Notes: generated by a model not told the origin, from the sequence alone. A stretch of 64,000 nucleotides of DNA from an uncultured Acidobacteriota bacterium (GCA_963734695.1 CAVTIL010000009.1:91102-155101); one strand, 5' to 3'; shown: positions 32,712-45,507, counted from the first letter of the stretch. Program-made: numbers and translations.

Positions 32712-34280
32712 GCCGCGTCATCATCGTCGGGGCAGGGCACAACGGCCTGACGGCCGCGTTCTACCTCGCGAAGGGCGGGCTCAAGCCGCTGGTGCTCGAA
32801 CGACGGCCTGTCGTTGGTGGAACAGCGACGACGGAAGAGATCGCGCCTGGCTTCCGCGCGCCGTCACTGGCTCATGCGATCGGACCACTCAGATTGTCGG
32901 TCGTCCGCGACATGCGGCTCGAGTCTCGGGGCGTCGAGTTCATTCGGCCGAACCCGCGCCTGGCAGCACTCACCGCTGATGGTCCGGCCCTGGTCTTTTC
33001 CGTCGATCACCATCGCACTGCCGAAGCGATCCGCAGGCACTCTGCGCGCGACGCCGAGAAATACATCGAGTTCTGCGAGACGCTCGCGAGACTCTCGAAC
33101 TTTCTGGCCCCTTTGCTCTCGGCAACGCCGCCCGTCCATCGATGGGCCTGATCGCGGCGACGTGTGGGAACTGCTCAGGGCCGGATTCCGCTTCCGCGGG
33201 CTCGGCAAGAAAGATGGATACCGGCTGATTCGATGGGGACCGATGTCCGCTGCCGATCTGGTCGGCGAATGGTTCGAGACGGATCTGGTGCAGGCGCCCA
33301 TCGCCGCGCGCGGCATCTTCGGCGCCGCACAAGGCCCGCGATCCGCGGGGACCGCGGCTCTCCTGCTTCTCAACGCCGCGGCCGATCCTGCCCCTGGGGG
33401 AAGCAGCATCACGGTGAAGGGAGGGCCGGGCGCACTGACGGCAGCTATGGCGGACGCTGCCCGTGAAGCCGGCGCCGAGATTCGCCTGAGCTCGGGCGTG
33501 AGGCGCGTGCTCGTCCGAGATGGTCGCGTGGCCGCGGTTGTTCTCGATGACGGCACTGAGGTGTCCGCCACGGCGGTGATTTCGAACGCTGATCCGCGGC
33601 GCACGTTGTTGGACCTCGTCGATCCTGTCGATCTCGATCCAGGGTTCGCGTCGAGGATTCGGAACTATCGCTCGCGCGGAACGATGGCCAAGGTCAACCT
33701 CGCGCTTGGCGCCTTGCCGGTGTTCACCGGGATTTCGAACTCGGAAATGTGTGGACGCCTTCACGTGGGCCCCGGCGTGGACTACCTCGAGCGCGCGTTC
33801 GATGCATCGAAGTATGGCGAGATCCCCGCGGAGCCGTATCTCGATATGAGTGTTCCGACCCTCAGTGATCCGTCACTCGCGCACCCCGGAAAGCATGTGC
33901 TGTCGGTGTGCGTGCAATTCACGCCGCGTCAGCTGTCGGGCGGACGCTCATGGACGGCGGCCAGGCCGGAGCTCCTGTCGAACGTGATGCGGACGCTGGA
34001 CCGTTACGCGCCCGGGATTGAGTCAGTGGTGGAACACGCCCAGGTGCTTACGCCGATGGATTTCGAGGAGACCTACGGGCTGAGCGGGGGTCACATCCAT
34101 CATGGCGAACTGTCACTCGACCAGCTCTTCACGATGCGACCGGTTCTCGGATGGGCGCGTTATCGGACGCCGATACCTGGGCTGTTCCTTTGCGGCGCCG
34201 GCACACATCCTGGCGGTGGGATCACAGGCGGGTCTGGCCAAAACGCCGCGCGTTCGATTCTCGGCGACCTGAAGTCATAG
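32708..34280 (+). pseudogene. FAD-dependent oxidoreductase, phytoene desaturase (CrtI)-like, copy 2; one frameshift near 33140
   Basis: The GTG start overlaps the copy 1 stop (GTGA). VIIVGAGHNGLTAAFYLAKGGLKPLVLERR. It continues in ORF 32814-34280 (GELSLDQLFTMRP...LCGAGTHPGGGITGGSG). Paralogous to copy 1 along its whole length. Confidence 0.75.
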
Positions 34281-34370
34281 ATATAACTGGGCTTAGTCCA
34301 TTTCGTCGTCCAAAAAGCGGTCGCCACGTCTTTCTCCGGTTTAACGGTCCCAGCTCGAGACTTGTCTAAT

Positions 34371-34405
34371 CCTGTCAGACGGCTGGTCAAGAGGCCGGCT
34401 GACAG

Positions 34406-34406
<1 letters not shown>
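34371..34406 (+). terminator. GC-rich stem-loop after the crtI-like pair (no clear U-tract)
   Basis: cctgtcagacggc-tggtcaagag-gccggctgacagg, a 13-bp stem with one mismatch. Confidence 0.35.
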
Positions 34407-36125
<1,719 letters not shown>

Positions 36126-36133
36126 GAGCGTCC

Positions 36134-37511
36134 ATGATCTCGCGCCGCGTATTTCTGAAGAACGGCGGCCTCGCGCTCGTCAGCCTCGGCTTTGCGCCGA
36201 AGTTTCTCGCCCGAACCGTTGCCGCGTCGGATGCTCGCCGCCGCGTGCTGATCACGATCTTCCAGCGCGGCGCGGTCGACGGTTTGAACATGATCGTTCC
36301 CTTCGGTGAGCGCGCGTACTACACCGCACGACCTCGCCTGGCCATCGCGCGACCGGGCGGATCGCCGGAGGCGGCGCTCGATCTCGACGGCTTCTTCGGT
36401 CTGCATCCGCGGCTCGCGCCGTTCAAGCCGCTGTACGACGCGCGCCAGCCTGGCGATCGTGCATGCCTCCGGCTCGCCGGACGGCACGCGCTCGCACTTC
36501 GATGCGCAGGACTACATGGAGACCGCCACACCGGGCGTCAAGAGCACGCCTGACGGGTGGCTCAATCGGTATCTGCACGCCCGCGAGCATGAGGCGGCAA
36601 CGCCGTTCAGGGCCGTCGCACTCGCATCGCAGCTGCCACGCGCGCTGCAGGGAGTCGCGCCGGCGCTGGCCATCGGCCAGATCAATCGGTTCGGCATTCG
36701 CAGTGGAGCATCCAGCGAGATGGTGCAGTCGTCGTTCGAGTCGGAGTACGCCGCGGCGGCCGACCGCGTGCTGCACTCGACCGGACGCGAGGCATTCGAC
36801 GCGGTCAGGATGCTGAAGTCGGCCGACCTCGACACGGTACACCCCAGCCAACGGCGCCGAGTATCCACGCTCAGGGTTTGGCGAAGCGCTCAAGCAGATC
36901 GCCCAACTCGTCAAGTCCGACGTCGGGCTGGAGGTCGCGTTCGCCGAATCAGGGAACTGGGATCACCACGTCAACGAAGGGGCGGCAGTCGGTATCAGCT
37001 GGCACCCGCCTGGACGATTTCGGCCGCGGGATTGACCGCACTCGTTCGTGACCTCGGCGATCGCATGCAGGACGTCGTCGTCCTGACGATGTCGGAGTTC
37101 GGCCGTGCGGTCGTCGAGAACGGCAATCGCGGCACGGATCATGGCCACGGCAACGCCATGATGATCATTGGCGGCCCGGTACGCGGCGGCAAGGTCTACG
37201 GCCACTGGCCAGGACTCGCGCGCGAGCAACGATACGACGGCCGCGATCTGTCGGTGACGACCGATTTCCGCTCGGTCTTTACCGAGGTCGTGCATGGACA
37301 TCTTGGACTCACCGATACGCGGCCGGTCTTCCCCGGCTTCACCGCAACATCGACGCTCGGCTTCTTTAACTTCCGAGGGGCTTTGCCCCTCGGACTCCCC
37401 TACACGCTCTCTCGCGCGCCGCTTCGCCGGCGCGCTCCGTTCGCGTGGCTCACTCGCTGTCGCTCGCTCGCGTCGTCGGTATTTGTTTGCCGAGCCCGTT
37501 TGGGTCTATGA
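36134..37511 (+). pseudogene. DUF1501 family (sulfatase-like) protein with Tat signal, at least 5 frameshifts; true 3' end probably near 37370
   Basis: ATG 36134 gives MISRRVFLKNGGLALVSLGF (twin-arginine-like). Fragments HASGSPDGTRSHFDAQDYME, GLEVAFAESGNWDHHVNEG, RLDDFGRG and MSEFGRAVVENGNRGTDHGHGN lie in alternating frames. The listed ORF reads on into a REP-like element. Confidence 0.7.
37373..37400. repeat. REP-like palindromic element CCGAGGGGCTTYGCCCCTCGGACTCCCC (copy 1)
   Basis: ccgaggggctttgcccctcggactcccc. A near-identical copy lies at 46660-46687 in the same orientation. Confidence 0.8.
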
Positions 37512-37650
37512 GATGGCTTCAGTGTCCGTTCAGGGTTCGCGCACTGTGGTGTCTGCGCGCTGAATGCGTAGTAGACTGGCAACGTCGGGAGGCTCGGACC
37601 GTTCGGAGCCCCCACGGCAGGGTCAGTCCGCAGCAACGTGCAGAACACTC

Positions 37651-37938
37651 ATGGCAAAAGAACTCCCCGGAGAAGCGCTCGGTCTTGTCGAAACACGTGG
37701 GCTGGTCGGCATGATCGAAGCGGCTGATGCCATGGTCAAGGCCGCGAACGTGGTGTTCGTCGGCTGGCAGAAAGTTGATGCGGGTCTCGTCACCGCCATC
37801 GTTCGCGGCGACGTTGCGTCGGTGAAGGCGGCCACCGATGCCGGCGCATCAGCCGCGCGGCGCGTGGGCGAACTGATTGGCGTGCACGTGATTCCGCGTC
37901 CCGCCGACGGGCTCGACAAGGTGTTTCCGATCGGATAG
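37651..37938 (+). CDS. Bacterial microcompartment shell protein, BMC-H (PduA/EutM/CcmK-like, Pfam00936)
   Basis: [84 protein letters not shown] is collinear with canonical PduA-type hexamer proteins (95 aa). Confidence 0.85.
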   Translation: MAKELPGEALGLVETRGLVGMIEAADAMVKAANVVFVGWQKVDAGLVTAIVRGDVASVKAATDAGASAARRVGELIGVHVIPRPADGLDKVFPIG

Positions 37939-37946
37939 CCGCGGCG

Positions 37947-38444
37947 CTACGGTTCCGCGGTTCGCGCCGTCCGCTTGACCGCAGGTTTTTTCTTCTTCCT
38001 CGCCGGCTTCGTTCTGGCAGTCAATTCCTTCAACATCGGCAGCTCGCCGACCACGAGCATCGGTTGATCGGGCGCACGCAGAAGGTTGATGAACTCACCT
38101 GACGCGGTCCTGGCAAAGACCTCGCGCCCATCCGTCAGGAGCGTGAGCGCGCCGGTCCCGCCTATCGCTTCGAACAGTCGAATACCGAACTTGTCCCGCA
38201 GCGTGTCGAGCAGCAATCGAATCCGTCCGACTGACAGCCCCTGCCGCCGCAAATCCGCCAGCACCATCAGCTCGAGCAGATCGACGGGCGTGTAGCGGCG
38301 CTCGGTGAATCCGCCCGCGGCGGTGCGGCGCGACGCCACCGCGGACGCGAACAGCCGCCGGGCATCCCACCACTGAAGCTGTCGGGCCGACAGTCCGGTG
38401 AGGGCGGCCACTTCCCGCGCGCTGTAGGTGTTTTTGAGCTCCAA
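37947..38444 (-). CDS. MerR family transcriptional regulator with Lys-rich tail
   Basis: YSAREVAALTGLSARQLQWWD HTH. TTG start 3 nt after the PCD stop. C-terminal KPARKKKKPAVKRTARTAEP. Confidence 0.7.
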   Translation of the reverse strand: MELKNTYSAREVAALTGLSARQLQWWDARRLFASAVASRRTAAGGFTERRYTPVDLLELMVLADLRRQGLSVGRIRLLLDTLRDKFGIRLFEAIGGTGALTLLTDGREVFARTASGEFINLLRAPDQPMLVVGELPMLKELTARTKPARKKKKPAVKRTARTAEP

Positions 38445-38447
38445 GTT

Positions 38448-38744
38448 TTATTTGCCGCCCATCGCGGCCGCAAGTGTCGTGGCCTCTCGCGCGCCGGCGA
38501 AATCCTTGTCGGTCAACCCGCCTTCGCTATGGGTGCTGTAAGCCACGGTGACGCGCTTGTAATTCACCAGGAGGTCCGGATGATGGTCGACCGCCTCGGC
38601 GGCAAACCCGAGCCTGACCAGAAAGGCCAGGCCTTCGGGGAACCCGGCAAATGTGAACTGCCGCCGTATCGTATCCCCCTCAAGTGCCCAGCCCGGCAGT
38701 GCTTGCAACCGCTCGCGTGCGTCTTCTGCGGTGATTTTTGCCAT
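38448..38744 (-). CDS. phhB: 4a-hydroxytetrahydrobiopterin (pterin-4a-carbinolamine) dehydratase
   Basis: LPGWALEGDTIRRQFTFAGF...AEAVDHHPDLLVNYKRVTVAYSTH is the PCD signature (DHHP). Confidence 0.8.
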   Translation of the reverse strand: MAKITAEDARERLQALPGWALEGDTIRRQFTFAGFPEGLAFLVRLGFAAEAVDHHPDLLVNYKRVTVAYSTHSEGGLTDKDFAGAREATTLAAAMGGK

Positions 38745-38856
38745 GCGGCAGAGCATACGCCAGACGCCTGGAAACTATCGGGGCCCTTTGTTCGTCTTAA
38801 CAATGTTAGAATAGTAAACACCGTTCAGCAGAGCGGGTCAGCTGGCGGGCACAGGG

Positions 38857-39501
38857 GTGATTTTGGGCGTTAAAGAACGGCATGAACGTGAACGGGAGGC
38901 GGTCGCGCGGGCAATCCTGGACGCGGCCCGTGAGCTCTTCGTCGCCGAAGGCTATCGGAACGTCTCAATCAGGAAGATCGCGGAAAAGATCGAATACAGC
39001 CCTGCTGCCATTTACGGCTATTTCCCCAGCAAGGACGACATCTTCCTCGCGCTTGCGGAAGAAGGCTTCCGGATGCTGTTCGCACCCGGACCCGATCTGA
39101 CCATTACCGATCCAATCGACAAGATTCGGGCCGGATTCTGGCGGCTGTACACCTTCAGCAAGGAGCATCCCGAGTACTTCGCGTTGATGTTCCTCGATCG
39201 ATCGGTGCCGCCCATCAGCAAGGACTGGGAGCGTTTCGGTTTCATCAGAGAGATGAAGGGCTCCATGTCGGCGCACATCCAGAGCGTCATCGATCAGGGG
39301 CTGCTGCCTCCGGGCACGAAGGCCGACGCGGTCTTCCGGATTCTGGCGGCGGCGATCCACGGCGCGGCGGTGATGCGCCTGTGCGGACGCCTCAGCCCGC
39401 ACGAGGACGCGGACGCACTCGCACGCGACACGCTCGAGGCGGCGCTCACGGGATTGCGCACGGGCATTCCTCATACGTTTCATTCAGAACCGTGCGAATA
39501 A
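38857..39501 (+). CDS. TetR/AcrR family transcriptional regulator
   Basis: AILDAARELFVAEGYRNVSIRKIAEKIEYSPAAIYGYFPSKDDIF HTH. It lies upstream of the efflux genes. Confidence 0.8.
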   Translation: MILGVKERHEREREAVARAILDAARELFVAEGYRNVSIRKIAEKIEYSPAAIYGYFPSKDDIFLALAEEGFRMLFAPGPDLTITDPIDKIRAGFWRLYTFSKEHPEYFALMFLDRSVPPISKDWERFGFIREMKGSMSAHIQSVIDQGLLPPGTKADAVFRILAAAIHGAAVMRLCGRLSPHEDADALARDTLEAALTGLRTGIPHTFHSEPCE

Positions 39502-39542
39502 ACGGACCAGCGAGACAGTTGTTCATAGCGGAGCGGAAAGTC

Positions 39543-40754
39543 ATGAGAGTTCAGAAGCGAAATGGGCTTGCAGCCATCCTGACTGCGGCAATCAGCGTCG
39601 GCGCCGCGGGGTGTGGCGCTGAAAGCACGACGGTCAAAGCGGAGGCGAAGGCTGAGGCGCCGGTGATAGAGGTGGCGCGGGTGGAAAGCCGCGCGATTGA
39701 TCGGTATTTGCGCGTAACCGGATCGCTCGTGGCCGATGAGCAGGCTGAAGTCAGCGCCGAAGCGGCAGGGCGCGTCGTTGCGGTGTCTGTCGAGCGCGGA
39801 TCGCAGGTTGCTCAGGGGGCCGTGCTCGTCCGAATCTCGGCGACCGAAACTTCGGCCCAACTCCAGGAGGCAGAGGCCAACGCCGCTCAAATCGAAGCCC
39901 GGCTTGGACTCTCGGCGGACCAGGCCTTTGATCCGCATCGCGTGCCCGACGTCATGAACGCCAAGGCCTCGCTCGACCTCGCGGAAGCGGAATTCGGGCG
40001 AATCAAATCGCTTCTCGATCAAAAAGTCGTGTCCCAGAGCGAGTACGACCAGCGGCGCGCACAGGTCGACGTGGCCCGTCAGCAGTTTCAGATGGCGCAG
40101 AATGTGGCCGAACAGTCGTACCGGTCGCTGCAGGCGGCGCGTGCCCGCATCGACCTCGCTCGCAAGGCCCAGGCAGACACGACGATTCGGGCGCCATTCT
40201 CAGGGCTTGTCGCCGAACGGCTGGTCAGCGTCGGCGACTACGTGACCCGCGGCGCCCACGTCGCGACGGTGGTGCGGGTCGATCCGATGCGCGTCGAGTT
40301 GACGGTTCCGGAGCAGGCGGTTTCACTGATCAACAGTGGACAGGCCGTGCAGATTTCGGTCGACGCGTATCCCGGCGAGATGTTCCCGGCGAGGGTTCGA
40401 TTCGTGTCGCCTTCGCTGCGGACGGATCAGCGTGCGCTGACCGTTGAGGCCGTGGCGGCCAACAAGGACGGACGCCTGAAGCCCGGACTCTTTGCCACCG
40501 CGCTCATCCAGCAGCCGGTGTCAGCACCGGCGCTTCTCGTTCCGGCAACGGCGGTCGAAACGGTCGCGGGCACCAGCCGCGCGTACGCCGTCAAGAACGA
40601 CAAGATCGAGGAACGAATCGTGACGGTCGGCGAACGTATCGGCCCGCAGGTCGAGATCACGTCCGGTGTCACCAAGGACGACACCGTGGCCGTCGTGCCG
40701 AAGGGACATCTGTCGGACGGTCTCGAAGTTCGCGCCCGTCGAATCTCTCGCTAA
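39543..40754 (+). CDS. RND efflux periplasmic adaptor (membrane fusion protein, HlyD/AcrA family) lipoprotein
   Basis: ATG 39543 gives MRVQKRNGLAAILTAAISVGAAGC (lipobox). It has coiled-coil hairpin and beta-barrel segments (IRAPFSGLVAERLVSVGDYV). Confidence 0.8.
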   Translation: MRVQKRNGLAAILTAAISVGAAGCGAESTTVKAEAKAEAPVIEVARVESRAIDRYLRVTGSLVADEQAEVSAEAAGRVVAVSVERGSQVAQGAVLVRISATETSAQLQEAEANAAQIEARLGLSADQAFDPHRVPDVMNAKASLDLAEAEFGRIKSLLDQKVVSQSEYDQRRAQVDVARQQFQMAQNVAEQSYRSLQAARARIDLARKAQADTTIRAPFSGLVAERLVSVGDYVTRGAHVATVVRVDPMRVELTVPEQAVSLINSGQAVQISVDAYPGEMFPARVRFVSPSLRTDQRALTVEAVAANKDGRLKPGLFATALIQQPVSAPALLVPATAVETVAGTSRAYAVKNDKIEERIVTVGERIGPQVEITSGVTKDDTVAVVPKGHLSDGLEVRARRISR

Positions 40755-40802
40755 CCGATTCATCGTCCGGCAAATCTTCCCAGTCAGTTTCAGAGAACTA
40801 CC

Positions 40803-43800
40803 ATGCAGTGGCTCGCAGCGATATCCGTCAAGCGTCCGGTCTTTGCCAGCGTTCTCATCCTGTCGCTCACGATCGTGGGCGCCTTTGCGTTTACGCAGCT
40901 TGGAGTGGACCGATTTCCAAAAGTTGATTTTCCGACGGTCGTCGTCGTGACGCGTCTGCCGGGCGCCGCGCCCGAAGAGGTCGAAACGGAGATCACCGAC
41001 AAGATCGAAGAGGCGGTGAACACCATCAGCGCCATCGACGAACTGCGATCGACCTCGTCGGAAGGCGTGTCCCAGGTCATCATCTCGTTCCTGCTCGAGA
41101 AGGACGCCGACATCGCGGCGCAAGAAGTCCGGGATCGAGTCAATCGCGTCCTGCCTCTTCTGCCCAAGACGATTCAGCAGCCGACGGTCGAGAAGTTCGA
41201 CCCCGACGCGGCGCCCGTGCTGACGCTCGCCGTCTCGGCAAAGAAGCCGGTTCGCGACATCACCGAGTATGCGGACAAGACGCTCCGCCGACAGCTTGAA
41301 AGCGTGAACGGGGTTGGACAGGTCGTCGTCTCCGGCGGACGCGCGAGGCAGATCAACATCACGCTGGATGCCGCCCGCCTCCGCGCCTACAACCTGACGG
41401 TCACCGATGTGTCCAAGGCGCTGCAGTCCCAGAACGCCGAGATTCCTGGCGGGCGTATCGAACAGGGCGCGACGGCGCTCACGCTCCGTACCCGGGGCCG
41501 TGTGGAATCGCCGCAGCAGTTCGGCGACATCGTCGTACGGCAGAAGGATGCGCATGCGATCCTCCTGCGCGACGTCGCGACGATCGACGACGGGATGGCG
41601 GACGCCACCACGAAGGCGAGTTTGAATGGCGAGCCGACCGTGCTGCTGACCGTCAGGCGCCAGTCAGGCACGAACACGGTGCAGGTCGTCGACGCCGTCA
41701 AGGAGCGGCTGGCCGATATCGGTCCGCTCGTGCCGGCCGGCTACAACATCCGGGTGGTTCGGGATCTCTCCGAGTTCATCAAGGCGTCGATTCGAAGCGT
41801 CGAAGAGCATCTCATCGTCGGCTCGATCCTCGCGGCGGCCGTCGTCCTGATCTTCCTGTGGAACTGGCGGTCCACGATTATCGCGGCCGTCGCGATTCCC
41901 ACCTCCATCATCGCCACGTTCGGCCTGATCTGGTACGAAGGCTTCACGTTGAACTCGATGACCCTGCTGGCCCTCACCTTGTCGGTCGGCATCGTCATCG
42001 ACGATGCGATTGTCGTCCTGGAGAACATTTACCGGTTCGTGGAGGAGAAAGGGATGCCGCCGCTCGAGGCCGCAATCGAAGCGACGCGCGAAATCGGGCT
42101 CGCGGTGCTGGCGACCACGCTCTCGCTCATCGCGATATTCGTCCCGGTAGGCTTCATGGGCGGCATCGTCGGGCGGTTCATGACCAGTTTCGGCTTTACG
42201 ATGTCGTTCGCCATCCTGGTGTCGCTGCTCGTCAGCTTTACGTTGACCCCGATGCTGGCTGCGCGATGGATCAAGATGCGCCCGCGCCACGAAACGGTGG
42301 ACGGACACGAGGTCGAGGATCGCAGCTCGAAGGACTCGCGGTTTTTCAGACCGCTCGATCGCGGATACGCTGCCATCCTGAAGTGGTCGCTGGCGCATCG
42401 GTGGGTCGTTGCGGCGATCGCCGGCCTGGTGCTGTTGAGCAGCGTCCCGTTGTTCATGCTGGCCAACAAGAACTTCCTGCCGAACGACGATCAGTCCGAG
42501 TTCGAAGTCGGCCTGCGGGCGCCGGAAGGCACCAGCCTCGAGGCGACGGAGATCGTCGCCAACCGGCTGGCGACGCGCATCCGTCAGCTGCCCGAAGTGG
42601 CTTACACGCTGGTGTCCGTCGCTGACGATCCCGCGCAAACTCAGAATTCAGGAACGGTCTACGTTCGCTTGAAGCCGGTTGACGAACGCCGTCGCGATCA
42701 GTTCGAAGTCATGAACGACGTGCGCGCGAACGTGCTGCCTGAGCTTGCCGCGGCGAATCTGCGCACAGGCGTCCGTCCTGTTGCTACGATCGGGGGCGGC
42801 GGCAATCAGAACGCGGAAATCCAGTTCACAATCAATGGACCGGATCTGAAGGCTCTCGAGCGATTTGCCGGCGGCGTCGCCGCGGCGGCAAAGAAAGAGC
42901 CGGGCGTTGTCGATGTCGACACCTCGCTGAATGTCGGCAAACCCGAGCTCTCGGTGAGCCTGGATCGAATGAAGGCTGCGGATCTCGGCGTCCAGATATC
43001 GGACGCGGCCGAGGCGCTGCGGCTTCTCGTTGGAGGGGATCAGGTGACGACGTACAACGAAGCTGGCGAACAGTACCAGGTCCACGTCCGCGCGGGTCAG
43101 GGCGATCGAGACAATGCGTCCGCGATCGCGCAGCTGACCGTGCCGTCGAGCCGGGTTGGAAGCGTGCCGCTCGAAAACCTGGCGCACCTGACGCCGGGGA
43201 GCGCTCCATCCGAAATCAATCGTCTCAACCGGCAGCGGCAGGTGACCGTGTTCGCGGGTCTTCTGCCTGGCGTCTCGCAGACGCCGGCCATGGCGTCGAT
43301 GACCCGCGCGGCGGAGTCGCTGGAGATGGGGCCCGGGTACAGCACCCGCTTTGCCGGGCGATCGCGTGAGCTGGGGCGCGCGGCGCAGAATTTCCTGCTC
43401 GCCTTCGGGCTGTCGCTCGTGTTCATGTATTTGATTCTCGCAGCGCAGTTCGAGTCGTGGCTCCATCCCATCACGATTCTCCTGTCGCTGCCGCTGACGC
43501 TGCCGTTCGCGCTGCTGTCCATCATCATCACTCGCCAGTCGCTGAACATCTTTTCGGCGCTTGGATTGCTGGTGCTGTTCGGCGTCGTGAAGAAGAATTC
43601 GATCCTTCAAATCGATCATGCCAATCAGCTGCGCGAGCGCGGCATGGAAAGGGAGGCCGCCATCGTGCAAGCGAGCCGCGATCGGTTGCGACCGATTTTG
43701 ATGACCACGTTCGCATTCGTGGCGGGCATGATCCCGCTGGTGCTGTCGAGCGGTGTCGGTTCCGCCACGAATCGCGCTATTGGATTCGTCATCATCGGCG

Positions 43801-45503
43801 GGCAGTCGCTGGTCCTGCTGCTGACGCTCGTCGCAACACCTGTCGCGTACTCGTTGTTTGACGACGCCGCCCAGGTGCGGCTGTGGCGCTGGAAACGGGC
43901 CGGGCGCGCGGCTGCCGCGACAGCGGCAGTCGTGCTTGCGATCCTGCTGGTTCACCCGTCTGACGCTGCGGCGCAGTCGACGGCACGCGCCGTCCAGTCG
44001 GCGCCGGCCTTACCGCAGACACCTCCGACCCAGGCTGGTACCGGGCCCGTCGTCAGCTTGACGCGGGAAGAGGCGGTCCGCATGGCGCTCGCCAACAACA
44101 CGGACCTTGCCGCGAATCGTTACGACCCGGCGATCAGCGGAGAGCGCGTCGCCGCGGCCAAGGCCGCATTCGTGCCAACGTTGTCGTCAGCGCTTCAGCG
44201 CAACAGCGCGACCACGCCGTCGTCGAATCTGTTTTCAGGGGAGGATGCGGTCAAGACGGATTTCTGGTCCGGGGCCGCAGGCGTCGGGCAACTGCTTCCG
44301 TGGGGAGGCGCCAGCTACGACGTGTCGTTCAATACGGTGCGCACGACGACGAACAGTCCGCTGACGACGTTTTCGCCGGCCCTGACCGCCGGGTTGCAGG
44401 CCGTGTTCTCTCAGCCGCTCCTGCGGGATTTCAAGACCGACAACGCGCGGGCGCAGCTCGACATCACGACGCGCCAGCGTGAGATTGCCGATCTCAGGCT
44501 GCAGGAAGACATCGCGCGCACGTCTGCCGACGCCGAGAACGGTTACTGGGCGCTCGTGGCGGCGCGCGCGTCCGTCGACGTCCAGCAGCGATCGCTCGAT
44601 CTGGCGCTCGAGCTCGAACGCACGAATCGGGCCCGGGTCGACGTCGGGCAGTCGCCGCCGCTCGATCTCGTGGCGGCACAGGCCGAGGTGGCGCAGCGGC
44701 GTGAGAATCTTATTGTGGCGCGAACGACGGCGCTGCAGGCCGAGGATGTGCTGCGAACGATCATCTTCGAGCCGGGGCGATCGGATTTCTGGACCGCGCA
44801 CATCGAGCCCGCTGACGCCGTCCCACCGGTGGGTCCGTCGCCGAACGTCGATGTTGCGGTCCGCCGCGCGTTGAGCGAACGCCCCGACATCGCCGAGGCG
44901 CGCAAGCAGATTCAGATCGACGACACGACCGTATTGCTCTCGAAGAATCAGACGCTGCCCGATCTTCGCCTTCAGGCCGTTTACAACCCGAACGGCCTCG
45001 GGGGAACGAGGCTCGTGCGCACCGGCGGGTTCCCGGGGACGGTCGTCGGCACCGAGAGCACGTCATATGGCACCGTGCTCAATCAGGTGCTCACGGGTGA
45101 TTTCCCGACCTGGAGTCTCGGGTTCACCCTCAGTTATCCGCTCGGAAAGAGCGTCGAGGAAGCCAACCTGGCGCGCGCGAAGCTGGAACGGGATCAGTCG
45201 CAGGCGCGACTGCGAAACGTCGAACTGATTGCGGTGCGGCAAGTGCGTGATGCGGCGCTGCGACTCGAGCAGAACCGTCAACGGATCGAGACCGCGGAGC
45301 AGGGTCGCACGCTGGCAGAGCAGCGGGTCGATGCCGAACAGCGGCGATTCGACGTCGGCATGTCGACGAGCTTCCTGGTGATTCAGGCGCAGCGCGACCT
45401 GGCGGAGGCGCGGAACAACGAGCTGCAGGCCAAGCTCGCGTATCAGCTCTCCGTCATCGCATTCGAGACCGCGCAGGTCACCAGCGGGCCGCTCAACCGC
45501 TAA
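40803..45503 (+). CDS. RND (AcrB/HAE1-like) inner-membrane pump fused in frame to a TolC-like outer membrane factor
   Basis: Single 1566-aa ORF. The first ~1020 aa are AcrB-like ([22 protein letters not shown]...PVAYSLFDD). With no intervening stop comes [35 protein letters not shown] plus a TolC-family repeat architecture ([17 protein letters not shown]...). Confidence 0.8.
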   Translation: MQWLAAISVKRPVFASVLILSLTIVGAFAFTQLGVDRFPKVDFPTVVVVTRLPGAAPEEVETEITDKIEEAVNTISAIDELRSTSSEGVSQVIISFLLEKDADIAAQEVRDRVNRVLPLLPKTIQQPTVEKFDPDAAPVLTLAVSAKKPVRDITEYADKTLRRQLESVNGVGQVVVSGGRARQINITLDAARLRAYNLTVTDVSKALQSQNAEIPGGRIEQGATALTLRTRGRVESPQQFGDIVVRQKDAHAILLRDVATIDDGMADATTKASLNGEPTVLLTVRRQSGTNTVQVVDAVKERLADIGPLVPAGYNIRVVRDLSEFIKASIRSVEEHLIVGSILAAAVVLIFLWNWRSTIIAAVAIPTSIIATFGLIWYEGFTLNSMTLLALTLSVGIVIDDAIVVLENIYRFVEEKGMPPLEAAIEATREIGLAVLATTLSLIAIFVPVGFMGGIVGRFMTSFGFTMSFAILVSLLVSFTLTPMLAARWIKMRPRHETVDGHEVEDRSSKDSRFFRPLDRGYAAILKWSLAHRWVVAAIAGLVLLSSVPLFMLANKNFLPNDDQSEFEVGLRAPEGTSLEATEIVANRLATRIRQLPEVAYTLVSVADDPAQTQNSGTVYVRLKPVDERRRDQFEVMNDVRANVLPELAAANLRTGVRPVATIGGGGNQNAEIQFTINGPDLKALERFAGGVAAAAKKEPGVVDVDTSLNVGKPELSVSLDRMKAADLGVQISDAAEALRLLVGGDQVTTYNEAGEQYQVHVRAGQGDRDNASAIAQLTVPSSRVGSVPLENLAHLTPGSAPSEINRLNRQRQVTVFAGLLPGVSQTPAMASMTRAAESLEMGPGYSTRFAGRSRELGRAAQNFLLAFGLSLVFMYLILAAQFESWLHPITILLSLPLTLPFALLSIIITRQSLNIFSALGLLVLFGVVKKNSILQIDHANQLRERGMEREAAIVQASRDRLRPILMTTFAFVAGMIPLVLSSGVGSATNRAIGFVIIGGQSLVLLLTLVATPVAYSLFDDAAQVRLWRWKRAGRAAAATAAVVLAILLVHPSDAAAQSTARAVQSAPALPQTPPTQAGTGPVVSLTREEAVRMALANNTDLAANRYDPAISGERVAAAKAAFVPTLSSALQRNSATTPSSNLFSGEDAVKTDFWSGAAGVGQLLPWGGASYDVSFNTVRTTTNSPLTTFSPALTAGLQAVFSQPLLRDFKTDNARAQLDITTRQREIADLRLQEDIARTSADAENGYWALVAARASVDVQQRSLDLALELERTNRARVDVGQSPPLDLVAAQAEVAQRRENLIVARTTALQAEDVLRTIIFEPGRSDFWTAHIEPADAVPPVGPSPNVDVAVRRALSERPDIAEARKQIQIDDTTVLLSKNQTLPDLRLQAVYNPNGLGGTRLVRTGGFPGTVVGTESTSYGTVLNQVLTGDFPTWSLGFTLSYPLGKSVEEANLARAKLERDQSQARLRNVELIAVRQVRDAALRLEQNRQRIETAEQGRTLAEQRVDAEQRRFDVGMSTSFLVIQAQRDLAEARNNELQAKLAYQLSVIAFETAQVTSGPLNR
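43875..45503 (+). other. TolC-like OMF module with its own Sec-type signal peptide inside the fused ORF
   Basis: In-frame GTG at 43875. The n-region is [10 protein letters not shown], the h-region [15 protein letters not shown], and the c-region HPSDAAA/QS (predicted cleavage before about 43974). Confidence 0.6.
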
Positions 45504-45507
45504 AACC

